A stretch of DNA of 36,251 nucleotides from Chloroflexota bacterium (GTDB lineage Bacteria; Chloroflexota; Anaerolineae; Aggregatilineales; Phototrophicaceae), in contig JAADYY010000077.1 in assembly GCA_010092805.1 (NCBI GenBank), positions 1-36,251 on the forward strand, written 5' to 3'. Position 1 is the stretch's first letter, and every line of letters starts with the position of its first letter. The translations under genes were made by a program, and so were the position numbers. Below, in pieces: positions 35,552-36,251 of the stretch. Below the pieces are notes generated by a model. The model did no database searches. It worked only from the letters and a program-made list of their open reading frames with translations, and was not told the origin of the DNA.

Positions 35552-36251
35552 TCATTCAGGGGGCAGCGCGTAAATGCCCAGATGATTGCCAATGGGGCGC
35601 TCGCGGCCCGGTATACGATTGTGGATCGGTGAGTTGAGGATGAGCGGCGCGCCGCCCGGCCCGGCGATGGTCAGCGAAACCGAGCCGCCGCCGTCCATGT
35701 TGAGCGCCTGATGTGCCCCGTATTCGATGGCGATTTCCGCCAGCTCGATCAAGCTGACGCCTTCGCTGTAATTCGGCTGTCGTCCATCCACCGCGATCAG
35801 GATCAGTGTGCGCCCTAAAGCATCAATGGCGATAGCGGTGCGTGGGTGATTCTGAAGGACGAAGCCTGTCCGGCGCATGGGCGCGACCCCGCCATTTTCA
35901 ACGATCATCGGTGTGCCAGAGATCGCGTTGTCGTCGTCATTATTTGGCCGGTTGAACGCGACGCGATTATTGGCGGAGATGAACACGGTATCGAAATTGC
36001 GGCTGTAGCCGCGTGTGTAGATTTGCCCATCGGAGATCGCCAGCCCGCGTACAGTCACCAGATCTTGAGTGTGTGGGTAGTAATCAAGTGGGCCGAAGTC
36101 ACGCCAGGGATCGAAGAAGTCCCCGTTGATCGCCACTTGCAGGTTGTAGGCGTCGAGGAACTGCGAGACGGTTTGGGCGGGCAACCCGCGATCATCGGGG
36201 GTGGGGTCGGGGGTGACGAGAAAATCGATGCCCGCCGCAGCGAGATCGACG
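35552..36251 (-). CDS. Phosphodiester glycosidase (NAGPA/DUF2233-like) family protein, 5' end outside window
   Basis: AINGDFF, HPRTAI, VDGRQ, ALNMDGGGS and RPIGN motifs. The frame stays open to the window edge. Confidence 0.88.
   Translation of the reverse strand, partial: VDLAAAGIDFLVTPDPTPDDRGLPAQTVSQFLDAYNLQVAINGDFFDPWRDFGPLDYYPHTQDLVTVRGLAISDGQIYTRGYSRNFDTVFISANNRVAFNRPNNDDDNAISGTPMIVENGGVAPMRRTGFVLQNHPRTAIAIDALGRTLILIAVDGRQPNYSEGVSLIELAEIAIEYGAHQALNMDGGGSVSLTIAGPGGAPLILNSPIHNRIPGRERPIGNHLGIYALPPE

Overview
High-GC (roughly 60-65% by eye) bacterial chromosomal window of mostly housekeeping genes mixed with lineage-specific secreted and membrane proteins. Gene content and protein style suggest Chloroflexota, probably Anaerolineae; this is inference, not a search result. 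Recognisable genes are ribF (3' part), era, pckA, mdh, sua5/tsaC, fmt, recJ, mutS, a ROK kinase, argS and tRNA-Val(TAC). Also present are a GAF-PAS histidine kinase, an OmpR-type regulator, three SAM methyltransferases, two secreted clan GH-A-like hydrolases, DUF433, DUF1385, DUF3352-like, CpXC, DM13, a Pol-beta-like nucleotidyltransferase and a partial NAGPA-like gene. I see no CRISPR array, transposase, integrase, prophage or recognisable defence island, and I cannot claim a complete new system. The strongest leads are: (1) a Flp-pilin-like helix inside a secreted DUF3352-like protein; (2) a 6-residue insertion in the MDH specificity loop, at the site where apicomplexan LDH diverged from MDH; (3) a ~280-bp nested-palindrome, MITE-like element bounded by symmetric 8-bp direct repeats beside an orphan DUF433 gene; (4) a membrane-anchored methyltransferase fused to a Trm112-like module; (5) an uncharacterised nucleotidyltransferase closing a co-directional envelope gene run; (6) non-canonical motifs in ArgRS (TVGR for HIGH) and tRNA-Val (A53-U61).
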